Source: a virus (taxonomy: Duplodnaviria; Heunggongvirae; Uroviricota; Caudoviricetes). From it: 64,000 nucleotides of DNA. Both the position numbers and the translations under genes were made by a program. The notes under the pieces are model-generated. The model worked only from the letters and a program-made list of their open reading frames with translations. It was not told where the DNA came from and did no database searches. The first letter of the stretch is position 1, and every line of letters begins with the position of its first letter. The DNA lies in IMG/VR virus record IMGVR_UViG_3300035696_001272; one strand, given 5' to 3'. This document shows positions 16,208-27,220 of this stretch, piece by piece.

Positions 16208-16283
16208 GTTCCCATAACTCAGCGAACAGAGTGCCACGCTTCGAACGTGGAAGTCGCAGGTTTGAATCCTGCTGGGAATGCCA
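16208..16283 (+). tRNA. tRNA-Arg(UCG), encoded CCA
   Basis: Acceptor GTTCCCA/TGGGAAT; anticodon stem CCACG/CGTGG with loop CTTCGAA. Confidence 0.8.
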
Positions 16284-16354
16284 AGTAGCTCCGTAAGGAG
16301 CTATTTTTATTTGTGCTGGTATATGTACTTCGGAATTTCAATTCAGGAGTCATT

Positions 16355-16828
16355 ATGAGCAAGTCCGAGCAAGCTACCAAAAATATTGCCAAATTAACTA
16401 AATTAGTCAAAGCCCGTCTAAACAGTAGTGGTAAAGCCAAAACTGTGGATGACAAAGGCAACGTCACTTACGTAGATCATGATATCTTTTCGTATGAGAT
16501 GATTGCAGATTTCCTAACGCTATCATTAAGTGATTTTAATCAAACACCTTACTTTACCAATTTTACTTTCGATAATAGTGATTTCGTCGCTACCTTTGCC
16601 GAAGTTTTGGTGATGGGTGCAGCTTTGCAAGCATTAGCATCTCAAGCTTTGATTGAAAGAGGCAGAGAGTTTGTGATCAGTGACAACGGCATTTCATTTA
16701 GTCCACCTACTCTTTCCGAAATGTTGAACACCCAATACTGTACGCTGTTAAACAGTCACGCAGAAAAACTCCGTATTATCAAGTTAGATAAATCCATTAA
16801 TAAATTCGCTCCAAAAAAGAACAAATGA
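16355..16828 (+). CDS. hypothetical protein
   Basis: AGGAG RBS 5 nt before ATG 16355; internal to the 16313 ORF. Confidence 0.45.
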   Translation: MSKSEQATKNIAKLTKLVKARLNSSGKAKTVDDKGNVTYVDHDIFSYEMIADFLTLSLSDFNQTPYFTNFTFDNSDFVATFAEVLVMGAALQALASQALIERGREFVISDNGISFSPPTLSEMLNTQYCTLLNSHAEKLRIIKLDKSINKFAPKKNK

Positions 16829-17166
16829 AAAAAGCCAAAAGAGTAATCGTTGAATCTCCATATGCTGGTGACATTGAAAAGAATATGAGATATGTCAGAG
16901 CTTGTATGAGAGATTGTTTGTTACGTGGTGAGGCTCCATTCGCTTCTCATGCTCTCTACACCCAAGAAGGCGTATTGAGAGATGAGATTCCAGAAGAGCG
17001 TACACATGGAATTACAGCAGGGTTTGCTTGGCGTGAAGCTGCTGACCTAACTGTAGTCTATATGGACCTAGGAGTTTCCAAAGGAATGGAATACGGCATT
17101 GCTCATGCTACTGAATTGGGTCATCCTATTGAACGCCGTTACTTAGGTGAGGGCTGGGATAAATAA
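16825..17166 (+). CDS. DUF4406 / nucleoside 2-deoxyribosyltransferase-like (SLOG-related) protein
   Basis: ATGA overlap; KRVIVESPYAG...VVYMDLGVSKGMEYGIAHATELGHPI resembles the DUF4406 pattern (IYLAGP...DGW..S.GA..E...A...G..V). Confidence 0.35.
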   Translation: MKKAKRVIVESPYAGDIEKNMRYVRACMRDCLLRGEAPFASHALYTQEGVLRDEIPEERTHGITAGFAWREAADLTVVYMDLGVSKGMEYGIAHATELGHPIERRYLGEGWDK

Positions 17167-17464
17167 CATGGATATGGATGATAATGAACCGAATACTAGG
17201 CTCTGGTCGCCTGGTTATTTCGGAAATGTTTCAACATCTACTGTAGACTTATCGAAATTGAACTTGTCAGATGAAGAAAGAAAAATTCTGGCGAGAATGC
17301 AAGAAGACTACAAAATGTACAAGCTGTATCAGCATCACGAGCCAGAGGCCAGAAATAAAGAAAAGCTACACGTCATTCGTGGACTTAAATACGTGTTTGA
17401 TGAAATTCAATCAACAGAAGATGGCTATCGTCAGGGTTTAGATTGGCAAGCCCTTCTGTATTAA
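17147..17464 (+). CDS. hypothetical protein
   Basis: 105 aa; no motif. Confidence 0.4.
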   Translation: MRAGINNMDMDDNEPNTRLWSPGYFGNVSTSTVDLSKLNLSDEERKILARMQEDYKMYKLYQHHEPEARNKEKLHVIRGLKYVFDEIQSTEDGYRQGLDWQALLY

Positions 17465-17550
17465 AGACTTGGGTAATCTCTCTTCAATGTTGTGATTTAG
17501 CAACAAGCTGAATGGTGAGCTAGATTAACAGTTGAAGATGATAGCGTGGT

Positions 17551-17571
17551 AGGGGGAATAGTACCCCTTTT
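17551..17571 (+). terminator. rho-independent terminator
   Basis: GGGGGAATAGTACCCC hairpin followed by TTTT. Confidence 0.5.
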
Positions 17572-17647
17572 GACGAGGTGAATTGACACCGCATTGATCG
17601 TGCTCGAATCAATCATGCCCTGAACCAGACGAACTGTATAGTTCCTT

Positions 17648-17941
17648 TTGCACCATGGGAAACGTGTCACCACTGCCGGGGAGCAAGCCGGTATTACCCA
17701 AACAATGGGAAATAGCATGAATAACGACAATGATAATGATGAGAGTTTACATTTACGAGACAAATTTGCTATGGAGGCTTTGCCCGCTCTCATAGCAAGG
17801 TATACCGCTAAAAATGATTCCATTTGGGTTGACATCAACGGAATAACGGAATCTTTTGAACAGAGTGCCGAAATTATTGCAGTAATGGCTTATAAAATAG
17901 CGGACGAAATGCGTAAAGCAAGATTACAATCTTTTACCTGA
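17648..17941 (+). CDS. hypothetical acidic protein (the start may be the ATG at 17717)
   Basis: 97 aa ORF ending 9 nt before tyrS. Confidence 0.3.
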   Translation: MHHGKRVTTAGEQAGITQTMGNSMNNDNDNDESLHLRDKFAMEALPALIARYTAKNDSIWVDINGITESFEQSAEIIAVMAYKIADEMRKARLQSFT

Positions 17942-17950
17942 GAATGTGAA

Positions 17951-19144
17951 ATGATATTCCAAGAGTTGGTTGATCGAGGTTTGGTAAAGCAAACAACCAA
18001 TGCAGAGAAGATCCGTCAACTTCTAGACAATCAGAAAATCGCTTTTTACATTGGATTCGATCCGACAGCAGACAGTCTGCATGTCGGGCATTTGCTCCAA
18101 TTGGTAACTGCTAGGCGATTGGTGGATGCAGGTCATACGGCAGTTATGCTAATTGGCGGTTCAACTGCATTGATTGGAGACCCCACTGGAAAAACTGAGA
18201 TGCGCAAAATGCTATCTCGCTCCGACATCAATGTCAACAGTGAGGCCATTGAAAAGCAAATCAAACAAATCGTTGGCCCCTCTGTTCATATGGTTAATAA
18301 TCTTCTGTGGCATGATGGTGCAAATTTCTTGCAAGTCTTGCGTGAGCTAGGTCCATTTTTCTCCGTCAATAACATGCTCCGAGCCGAGTGCTTCAAAAGC
18401 CGCATGGAGAACGGTCTATCATTTTTAGAATTCAATTACATGATTCTGCAAGCAGAAGATTTTCGCATACTCAATCTTGAGTTTGGTGAGAATTGTGTAC
18501 TGCAAATCGGTGGAGACGATCAGTGGTCAAACATTTTGGCCGGGATTGAACTTATCCACAAGAAAGAAAAACGAGAAGCGTTTGGACTGACACTTCCGCT
18601 CTTAGTCAATTCAGATGGAACCAAGATGGGGAAAACTGAAAAAGGGGCGGTGTGGCTTGATCCGAACAAAACTACTCCATTCGATTTCTTCCAATTCTGG
18701 AGAAATCTTCCAGACGATCAAGCTAGAAAATGTTTTGACCTTTTTGCAGATTGTTCGCCAAACGGTCTTAACATTAATGAATTGAAGAAAGTTTTAGCCT
18801 TTCATCTTACTACATTAGTTCATAGCCAAGATGCAGCAGATCGAGCGCTCGAACAGGCAGAAGCCTTGTTCGAGAAACGAGACACTTCTACATTGGAAAC
18901 TACTCCAATTGCAGATGGAACTCATATCCTTGACCTGGTAATTAAATGTGGCTTCGCCAAGTCGCGAACTGAAGCCAGAAATTTGATTACCAATAAAGGA
19001 ATCACCATAAACGAAGAAGTGCAAACAAACCCTACTATTAATATTTCCAAATCTATATTTGGGAATGAGCTTATAGTTAAAAAGGGTAAAAAGCACTTCT
19101 GCCGATTGCTCATTGAGGATACATGCCAAGACCATCATTCGTAA
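17951..19144 (+). CDS. tyrS: tyrosyl-tRNA synthetase (bacterial type, with C-terminal S4-like domain)
   Basis: GFDPTADSLHVGHL (HIGH), KMGKTEKGAVWLDPNKTTPFDFFQFW (KMSKS region) parallel E. coli TyrS ([26 protein letters not shown]). Confidence 0.85.
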   Translation: MIFQELVDRGLVKQTTNAEKIRQLLDNQKIAFYIGFDPTADSLHVGHLLQLVTARRLVDAGHTAVMLIGGSTALIGDPTGKTEMRKMLSRSDINVNSEAIEKQIKQIVGPSVHMVNNLLWHDGANFLQVLRELGPFFSVNNMLRAECFKSRMENGLSFLEFNYMILQAEDFRILNLEFGENCVLQIGGDDQWSNILAGIELIHKKEKREAFGLTLPLLVNSDGTKMGKTEKGAVWLDPNKTTPFDFFQFWRNLPDDQARKCFDLFADCSPNGLNINELKKVLAFHLTTLVHSQDAADRALEQAEALFEKRDTSTLETTPIADGTHILDLVIKCGFAKSRTEARNLITNKGITINEEVQTNPTINISKSIFGNELIVKKGKKHFCRLLIEDTCQDHHS

Positions 19145-19431
19145 CAAATGAAGACCTTTTACGCTGGTCAGAAATAATTGATAAAGATCCGCTCATCCCA
19201 TCTAGTATAGCACAAAACGCTATTATTAGGGAAGTATGTTATGCTGGACAATGGTTATCCGAGAAATTAACCGAACTAGATTGCCCTGACCACTTAGTTG
19301 GTCAGATGATGTATACTGCTGGAAGAATATGTTTTGGTCGGAAAGACCCATGGGATATTCATCAAGAGATGTTGCGTCAATTCATAGATGGCACTTTAGA
19401 ATTCGAGATGGATCCAAATGAGATGAATTAA
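19123..19431 (+). CDS. hypothetical protein
   Basis: 102 aa. Confidence 0.35.
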   Translation: MPRPSFVTNEDLLRWSEIIDKDPLIPSSIAQNAIIREVCYAGQWLSEKLTELDCPDHLVGQMMYTAGRICFGRKDPWDIHQEMLRQFIDGTLEFEMDPNEMN

Positions 19432-19793
19432 TGCAATGGTTCTACAGGGATTTTGATGAGGCTGCTGCTAAATGTCTATTCTGCCAAGGCGAATGTGACG
19501 TAGTTTCTTCATCATTGCCTGCCAGGCTTTTCATTCATGAGAATGATTACACTTGTAGAACTTGTAGCGAGTATTACAAAATTTACATCTTCGAAGGGCT
19601 TGATAAAAATGTGAGCCGGATCTATAGCTTCTCCTGTGGCGACTATATAGTTGCTTTAGGTGAAAAGCAAGAAGACTTTTCAATTAGAAAAAAGGACAAA
19701 GAAGTTCTCGTCTATGTTCCTAAATTTGACATAGACCTTACCGACAAAGAAAAACTACTAGAGAAACTGAGAACTTATTTAATATTTTCGTGA
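19431..19793 (+). CDS. hypothetical Cys-containing protein
   Basis: TAATG overlap; CLFCQGECD...CRTC. Confidence 0.4.
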   Translation: MQWFYRDFDEAAAKCLFCQGECDVVSSSLPARLFIHENDYTCRTCSEYYKIYIFEGLDKNVSRIYSFSCGDYIVALGEKQEDFSIRKKDKEVLVYVPKFDIDLTDKEKLLEKLRTYLIFS

Positions 19794-19842
19794 AATTATT
19801 TTTAACATTTGAGAGTTCCATATCTTTTTCTTTTGCGCCAGG

Positions 19843-19870
19843 TTGACACAAATCATGGCGTGAGTATATT
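19843..19870 (+). promoter_or_regulatory. sigma70-like promoter
   Basis: TTGACA, 16 nt spacer, TATATT; 32 nt upstream of the AGGAAGGA RBS of the AAA+ gene. Confidence 0.5.
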
Positions 19871-19902
19871 GTTATGTGAACTTCTATTGAAGGAAGGAAA
19901 AG

Positions 19903-21030
19903 ATGCCAAATCAACAGACTACAATGAGTACTTCGGATTTCAATCTTCAGAAATTGAATACGAAGGAGCTAGCAGACCATGTGGACGCCACCATTCAAAT
20001 AGGCGGTAACATTGCAATATTCGGTCGCCGTGGTACGGGTAAGACAGAAATCTCCAAAGAAGAGATTAGGAGACTAGGATTTAAAGAGGTTTATATTAAC
20101 CTCTCCGTTTTGGAAAGAGTGGACATGGGTGGTTATCCAAACATCATGGCTGCTGCCGCTCAAAAAGAATTCGTTGACTTCATTCTCCCTCAATTCTATC
20201 AACCAATGATTCAAGGTGCAAAGGGCGTCGTGGCCTTGCTAGACGAGGTTGATAAAGCCGATCCAAGTTTGTGGGCTCCATTGCTTGAGTTTACTCAGTT
20301 TAGATCGATCAACCACAAGCCGCTGCCACATTTGCAAGCCATCATCATGACGGGTAACCTAATCTCTGAAGGTGGTTCCCGTCCTAGCTTACCATTGCTA
20401 GACAGAACCGAAAAGTTCTTGGTTGAAGCTGATACGGCCTCTTGGTTGGATTGGGCTGGTAAGTCTGGTCGCATCCACCCATCTATCACTGCTTACATTC
20501 ATGATCATCCAAATGATCTATTTGGTGCGGTTGATCCAGAAGAAAGATATGCCGATCCATCTCCTCGTGGTTGGGACCGAGCTTCTCAAATTCTATTCAG
20601 AGGTGAAGAGAATGGCTGGAGCACATACCTTCTCAATAAGAAAGTATCCGGCTGCGTAGGCAAAGATGCCGGAATCAAGTACTCAAACTACTACGAGCAT
20701 TATATGGAACTGTTGCCAATGGTAGAAGATATCTATAATGGCAAGGACGTATCAGGCAAGTACGGTACACTAGAGCCAGGCAAGAGACTGGTAGCCTGTA
20801 TGATTACTTGTGCACGTCTTGCTGCACAATTGGACAAAGTACAGAACCTCAATGAACTGCCTCCATCCGTTAAACATGTGGGCAAGTTCTTGCACAAGGT
20901 CTCTCACGAAAATGTCTTGGTGGCAGTAAGAAGCCAGGTCCAAATCGAGCGCCTTGTTAAGTTCAACCTTGATGAGCATCCTGATTGGGCTCAAGTCCTC
21001 AGCAGAATTAATAAAGAAGTAGATCAATAA
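19903..21030 (+). CDS. MoxR-like AAA+ ATPase
   Basis: Walker A FGRRGTGKTE; Walker B VALLDEVDKA; sensor MTGN; 375 aa. Confidence 0.65.
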   Translation: MPNQQTTMSTSDFNLQKLNTKELADHVDATIQIGGNIAIFGRRGTGKTEISKEEIRRLGFKEVYINLSVLERVDMGGYPNIMAAAAQKEFVDFILPQFYQPMIQGAKGVVALLDEVDKADPSLWAPLLEFTQFRSINHKPLPHLQAIIMTGNLISEGGSRPSLPLLDRTEKFLVEADTASWLDWAGKSGRIHPSITAYIHDHPNDLFGAVDPEERYADPSPRGWDRASQILFRGEENGWSTYLLNKKVSGCVGKDAGIKYSNYYEHYMELLPMVEDIYNGKDVSGKYGTLEPGKRLVACMITCARLAAQLDKVQNLNELPPSVKHVGKFLHKVSHENVLVAVRSQVQIERLVKFNLDEHPDWAQVLSRINKEVDQ

Positions 21031-21068
21031 TACCTATCTCTTAAGATATATGATCTATAGGAGTTTCC

Positions 21069-22817
<1,749 letters not shown>

Positions 22818-22833
22818 CCCTATAAATAGAGCC

Positions 22834-22861
22834 TTGACACCCTAATTTTTGGTCTTATAAT
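22834..22861 (+). promoter_or_regulatory. sigma70-consensus promoter (TTGACA, 16 nt spacer, TATAAT); TATAAATA at 22821-22828 just upstream
   Basis: Perfect -35 and -10 hexamers 30 nt before ATG 22891. Confidence 0.55.
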
Positions 22862-22890
22862 AGACCGACTACTAGCGCGGCATCTTTGTC

Positions 22891-23355
22891 ATGAGCGCCT
22901 ATAGTTTATCCAAATTAGCTAATAAATTCGAGAGAAAGTACCGTTTGTTGTCTTTAGGTCAACAAGTAGGTCCAGATCCCGAGTCAAAGATAAAATATGC
23001 ATTAAACGCCTTGTATCGTTTGGTTTCATATTTGGAAAATCCAACATACAAGAAGCAGCTAGTAGGTGCAAACGCTGTTGCCGCTCAAAACGTCGTTAGT
23101 CTTTATAGGCAAATACTGGCCCCAAAGATGAACGAAGTTTATGATGAGGCAACTCAAAGATACAGTTTAGATGGTGAAACCATTCTAAATATGAAGAAGT
23201 TCTTTGATTCAGCCATCCAAGACATATCTACTGCAACAGTTGCATTAGAAACTATCCTTCCTGATCAAGCTTCTAGATTAGAGGCGCTTCTAAATTCTCT
23301 CCGAGAAAATATTAGACAGCTTCAACCTTCTCAAGTAGAAGTCTTCAATCCTTAA
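22891..23355 (+). CDS. hypothetical protein
   Basis: 154 aa. Confidence 0.45.
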   Translation: MSAYSLSKLANKFERKYRLLSLGQQVGPDPESKIKYALNALYRLVSYLENPTYKKQLVGANAVAAQNVVSLYRQILAPKMNEVYDEATQRYSLDGETILNMKKFFDSAIQDISTATVALETILPDQASRLEALLNSLRENIRQLQPSQVEVFNP

Positions 23356-23357
23356 TT

Positions 23358-23828
23358 ATGAGTAAGGTAATCTTCTTAGAGTTTTACGATAAGGAGAATT
23401 TTCCACCAGGTAAGTGGTTGAGAGAGCCTGATTTCTGTTATTGGGAAAAGAAGTTACCTTGCATAGCCGTCCGAGACATGGGTATGGGTATTTGGAAAGG
23501 GTTTGTTGGTGTTGATGACAAACATCCTTTCTATGGCAAGGGTGTTGATGAGTTGCTCAAAATATCTGAGGCTGTAGAAGTTTTCTTCTCTGTTTATGGA
23601 GGATTGAGTGGTGCAGGTCGCCTCCCAGCCAAGTTTAAAGAGTATGCCAAGAATTATTGGTGGATTGGAATTGAGACTTCTCATGGTGGAGACTTGATGC
23701 CATTGTTTAAACTGGAAGCCAACGATCCAGATATGGCTAGGATGTTATCTAATCAGACCTACAAGGACTTCAAGTTTATTCGAAAAGAAATCAATAAATT
23801 GGCCTCCTGTCTATCAAAAATAAAATGA
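23358..23828 (+). CDS. hypothetical protein
   Basis: 156 aa. Confidence 0.45.
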   Translation: MSKVIFLEFYDKENFPPGKWLREPDFCYWEKKLPCIAVRDMGMGIWKGFVGVDDKHPFYGKGVDELLKISEAVEVFFSVYGGLSGAGRLPAKFKEYAKNYWWIGIETSHGGDLMPLFKLEANDPDMARMLSNQTYKDFKFIRKEINKLASCLSKIK

Positions 23829-23918
23829 CTTTCGTTATGTTCATTATAATTAGCGTTCTTTTGTCTGTTAGTTTGTTTTACAATCTAAGCAAAAAAGATT
23901 AAGTATTGGAGTAAGTAA

Positions 23919-24434
23919 ATGTTACTGATTCTTGAAATCGCTCTATTGGGCGGTTTGATGATGGTTTTAGCAACCATCCACTTCTTTGTGGATTGGATTT
24001 TCCAGAGTCATGCTGAAGCTATGGTTAAACACAACAATCCCAAGATTAGAGCTAAACACTGCCTTATCTATACAGCTGGTTTCATTCCGCTCTTGGCAGT
24101 TTGTCATTTATCATTGGTTGAGTGGTTGATTGCTACCAATATCCTATTCTGGTCTCACTTTTGTGAAGACACTTACATTCCAGTTTTCCTATGGGCTAAA
24201 TACATTCGCAAGCCGCCTGAGATGACTGAGCCTCGTAAGAAAACAGAATTGGACGGTTATGTGACCATCATGCCGCCTGATGCTAAGGCTGGATTTGCAG
24301 AGTGGGTTCAAGGTACAATGGGCAAGATTCTAATGATTGCCATCGATCAGATTATTCATATTGTGTTCTTGCTACCAGTAGCTTGGATAATCTTATCTCA
24401 TATCATTCCAGTTCTACAACATTTGGTGAAATAA
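23919..24434 (+). CDS. membrane protein (multiple TM helices)
   Basis: GGAG RBS; hydrophobic segments LLGGLMMVLATIHFF, LIYTAGFIPLLAV, LMIAIDQIIHIVFLLPVAWIIL. Confidence 0.5.
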   Translation: MLLILEIALLGGLMMVLATIHFFVDWIFQSHAEAMVKHNNPKIRAKHCLIYTAGFIPLLAVCHLSLVEWLIATNILFWSHFCEDTYIPVFLWAKYIRKPPEMTEPRKKTELDGYVTIMPPDAKAGFAEWVQGTMGKILMIAIDQIIHIVFLLPVAWIILSHIIPVLQHLVK

Positions 24435-24838
24435 TGGATTGGTCAGACTTTAGGGGATTGATTCTCGATAATCTATCCGATGATTTATTAACTTCAAAAT
24501 ATCGACGACTGAAGAAGAAGTTTGATGTTCCCGACTCTTTCGGACACTGCTATGTTGCAAGCGAAGCCTCTTATCACTTACTAGGTGGTAAGGAAGAAGG
24601 CTGGACTCCACAATTCATCAGACATCTAGGAGAGCCACACTGGTTTCTCAAACACAAATCTGGCTTCATTTTGGATTTGACATACAACCAATTCAAATCG
24701 TCGGTTGACTATTCCAAATCTCGTGGAATTGGTTTCTTGACCAAGGAGCCGAGTAAGAGAACCAAGAAACTCATCAAGAAAATCGCTGAGTCAGAGGGCT
24801 GGGCGAAACTTAAAAAATCACACCGCTTGACGCGGTAA
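24434..24838 (+). CDS. hypothetical protein
   Basis: TAATG overlap; ATG 24434 in frame within the 24302 ORF. Confidence 0.4.
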   Translation: MDWSDFRGLILDNLSDDLLTSKYRRLKKKFDVPDSFGHCYVASEASYHLLGGKEEGWTPQFIRHLGEPHWFLKHKSGFILDLTYNQFKSSVDYSKSRGIGFLTKEPSKRTKKLIKKIAESEGWAKLKKSHRLTR

Positions 24839-24839
24839 T

Positions 24840-25088
24840 TTGTGGGAATATGTTGCCGTGATGTGGAACGAATTAAGTTACGAGCTTCAGCTCAAGGTAA
24901 TCAGTCTAATACAAGACGATCTACTATTAAAACAAACGGATATAGATCTACAAGATGGGCTAGTTGCTGCCTTGGCAGAATTGGAAACTTGGAGCAATTC
25001 TCCATGTCCTATCTCTGAGGATTACGATGAGTATCCTTATGTTGCACAGGCAGTTGATCAAGAGGATCTGAATGATAACGATAACTGA
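24840..25088 (+). CDS. hypothetical acidic protein
   Basis: 82 aa. Confidence 0.35.
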   Translation: MWEYVAVMWNELSYELQLKVISLIQDDLLLKQTDIDLQDGLVAALAELETWSNSPCPISEDYDEYPYVAQAVDQEDLNDNDN

Positions 25089-25395
25089 AAAGGCCATTAA
25101 GGCTGTCAAGAGCATTTCAGATGATGAAGGCATTGGCTATTACATAGTTAGACTCAAAGTGAAGGGTGGGGGTTGTGCTGGCTTCACTTACGATATGTAT
25201 TTTGACGATCTAATCAATGAAGCCGATGAAGTCATTGAAACCGATGGCATCAAAGTGGTTGTGGATCCATTATCCGTCCAATATCTGGAAGGCGTAACCG
25301 TTGATTTCGTTGATGACACATACGGTAGGGGATTCAAATTCATCAACCCTAATGCTACTGGCAGTTGTGGTTGTGGTTCAAGTTTTAGTGTGTAA
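25072..25395 (+). CDS. HesB/IscA-family Fe-S cluster insertion (A-type carrier) protein
   Basis: GGGCAGFTY...GSCGCGSSFSV: the three conserved Cys of A-type carriers. Confidence 0.65.
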   Translation: MITITEKAIKAVKSISDDEGIGYYIVRLKVKGGGCAGFTYDMYFDDLINEADEVIETDGIKVVVDPLSVQYLEGVTVDFVDDTYGRGFKFINPNATGSCGCGSSFSV

Positions 25396-25397
25396 TC

Positions 25398-25667
25398 ATG
25401 ATTTGTGAAGTCTTCCAAGTTAACGATAATCCTGATCATCTACTATTGGTAACACTGGACGGTGAAGTTATCAATGGATTCTGGCATATCAATAATGCTG
25501 ATAAGTATGGTCTTAAGATAACCATGTTGGGCTACATTGAGTGGCCTTGGAAAAATGAATCTGATAATGAGGATTACAATATCACTCTTGCTAGGTTCAG
25601 AGATGGCGAAAGAGCGGCAGTGGAAACGTGTCCTACCTGTGGTCATAAAGAATGGAAAAGTAAATGA
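25398..25667 (+). CDS. hypothetical protein with C-terminal CPTCGH knuckle
   Basis: 89 aa. Confidence 0.35.
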   Translation: MICEVFQVNDNPDHLLLVTLDGEVINGFWHINNADKYGLKITMLGYIEWPWKNESDNEDYNITLARFRDGERAAVETCPTCGHKEWKSK

Positions 25668-26812
25668 GCAAGCATCCTGTATTAGATTTGATTGAGAAGA
25701 GAAGCCCACATCTTGGGTGGATACAGGAAGGAACTGTCTTGTTGGTTCGACATGGTTCTCATGCTTATGGTACCAACACAGCCACCTCAGATGAAGACTT
25801 CAAAGGCATTGCTATTCCTCCTAGAAAGTATTTCCTAGGAACCATGCATCGTTTTGAGCAAGCTGAATTGAAAGCTCCAGATCCAGATGCTGTTATCTAT
25901 GACATTCGTAAATTCTTCAATCTGGCTGCCGATTGCAACCCGAACATCATCGAAGTGTTGCATACTGATCCTTCGGACCACTTCATTGTGGACCCAATCG
26001 GTGAAGTCATCTTGGAACACAAGAACGAATTCTTGTCTAAGAAAATCAAGCATACCTTCTTGGGTTACTCCGTGGCTCAATTGAAGAGAATCAAGACTCA
26101 CAAGCGCTGGATTATGAATCCACCTAGCGCCCCTCCTACAAGAGCTAGCTTGGGATTGCCAGAACAGACTTTGATTCCAAACGATCAGCTGATGGCTGCC
26201 ACAGCTGAAGTGCAAAAGGAATTGGATCGATTCCAGTTCGATTTCATGGAAGGTTTGGAAGAGTCTCAAAAGATTGGGATTCGTACTACTGTTTCTGAAA
26301 TGCTGGCGGAACTCAAAATCACTGCCGATCAGCATTGGGAAGCTGCGGCTCGCAAGATTGGCCTGACTGATAACTTTATTGAAATCATGCAGCGCGAGCG
26401 CCAGTACACCAGCGCTAAACGTGAGTGGGATCAGTATCAGAACTGGAAAAAGACTCGTAACCCAACTCGTTCCGCCTTGGAAGAGAAGTTTGGTTACGAT
26501 ACTAAACATGCCTATCACTTGGTCCGACTCATTCGTATGTGTCGAGAGATCTTGACCACAGGTGTTGTTCAAGTGAAAAGACCTGACCGAGAAGAACTGT
26601 TGGCTATTCGTAACGGAGCTTGGACTTATGATCAGTTGATTGAATTCGCTGATCGTGAGGACAAAGCCCTTGCCGAGTTGTATAACACTTCTACAGCTTT
26701 GCCTAAGACGCCCGACAAAGAAAAGCTGGATCAACTTTGTATTCGATTGGTGCAAATGGCCTTGTCGAAATACTCGTGGTACAACGTCCGTAAACTATTT
26801 GGAGGCTCTTGA
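25664..26812 (+). CDS. Pol-beta-superfamily nucleotidyltransferase (PF10127 'predicted nucleotidyltransferase'-like; RNA-repair associated)
   Basis: ATGA overlap; LVRHGSHAYGTNTATSDEDFKGIAI = hG[GS]-x10-DxD NTase core; 382 aa. Confidence 0.5.
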   Translation: MSKHPVLDLIEKRSPHLGWIQEGTVLLVRHGSHAYGTNTATSDEDFKGIAIPPRKYFLGTMHRFEQAELKAPDPDAVIYDIRKFFNLAADCNPNIIEVLHTDPSDHFIVDPIGEVILEHKNEFLSKKIKHTFLGYSVAQLKRIKTHKRWIMNPPSAPPTRASLGLPEQTLIPNDQLMAATAEVQKELDRFQFDFMEGLEESQKIGIRTTVSEMLAELKITADQHWEAAARKIGLTDNFIEIMQRERQYTSAKREWDQYQNWKKTRNPTRSALEEKFGYDTKHAYHLVRLIRMCREILTTGVVQVKRPDREELLAIRNGAWTYDQLIEFADREDKALAELYNTSTALPKTPDKEKLDQLCIRLVQMALSKYSWYNVRKLFGGS

Positions 26813-27219
26813 TGTTTGCCTATTTGTTTGCATCTTTATTTGAATTTGCATTGATTGTGGTTGCCGTAGTGGTGGTGTATCAGGTCTTCTTGTCAGACCT
26901 GATTGCCGCCAAACGCTCTCAATGGAAAGAGAGTAAAGAGAAGTACAGTAGCATGGATAAGATTGCTCAAGTCAAATTAGTATCGGATGATGCCAAGGAG
27001 ATTGAGAAATTCGTGACAGACAATGCCCAATTCATATCCAACAATATGGTTAACAAATTGGTCGAGCGTATTGAGTATTTACATGCTGACAAATACATTG
27101 CCAGCAATGAAGATACGTTGAAGAAGCGCATTGCCGATTTACCTCAGCAACCTGAGGCAGAAGAGATTGGCGTGCTGGATGAGTCAGCTGATAAAAAGAC
27201 TAAAACTAAAAGGAAGTAA
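26809..27219 (+). CDS. membrane-anchored coiled-coil protein
   Basis: N-terminal TM segment FEFALIVVAVVVVYQVFL. Confidence 0.4.
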   Translation: MMFAYLFASLFEFALIVVAVVVVYQVFLSDLIAAKRSQWKESKEKYSSMDKIAQVKLVSDDAKEIEKFVTDNAQFISNNMVNKLVERIEYLHADKYIASNEDTLKKRIADLPQQPEAEEIGVLDESADKKTKTKRK

Positions 27220-27220
27220 T

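Noticed and set aside
17465-17950. T-box riboswitch upstream of tyrS
   Set aside because: I searched the leader for the T-box consensus (AATTAGGGTGGNACCGCG-type) and a Tyr specifier context and did not find them. Only a generic terminator hairpin is evident.
25835-26755. 306-aa minus-strand ORF antisense to the nucleotidyltransferase gene
   Set aside because: It lies completely inside a plus-strand gene with a clear NTase motif. It has no RBS or flank support. It is the kind of long antisense ORF expected by chance in AT-rich DNA.
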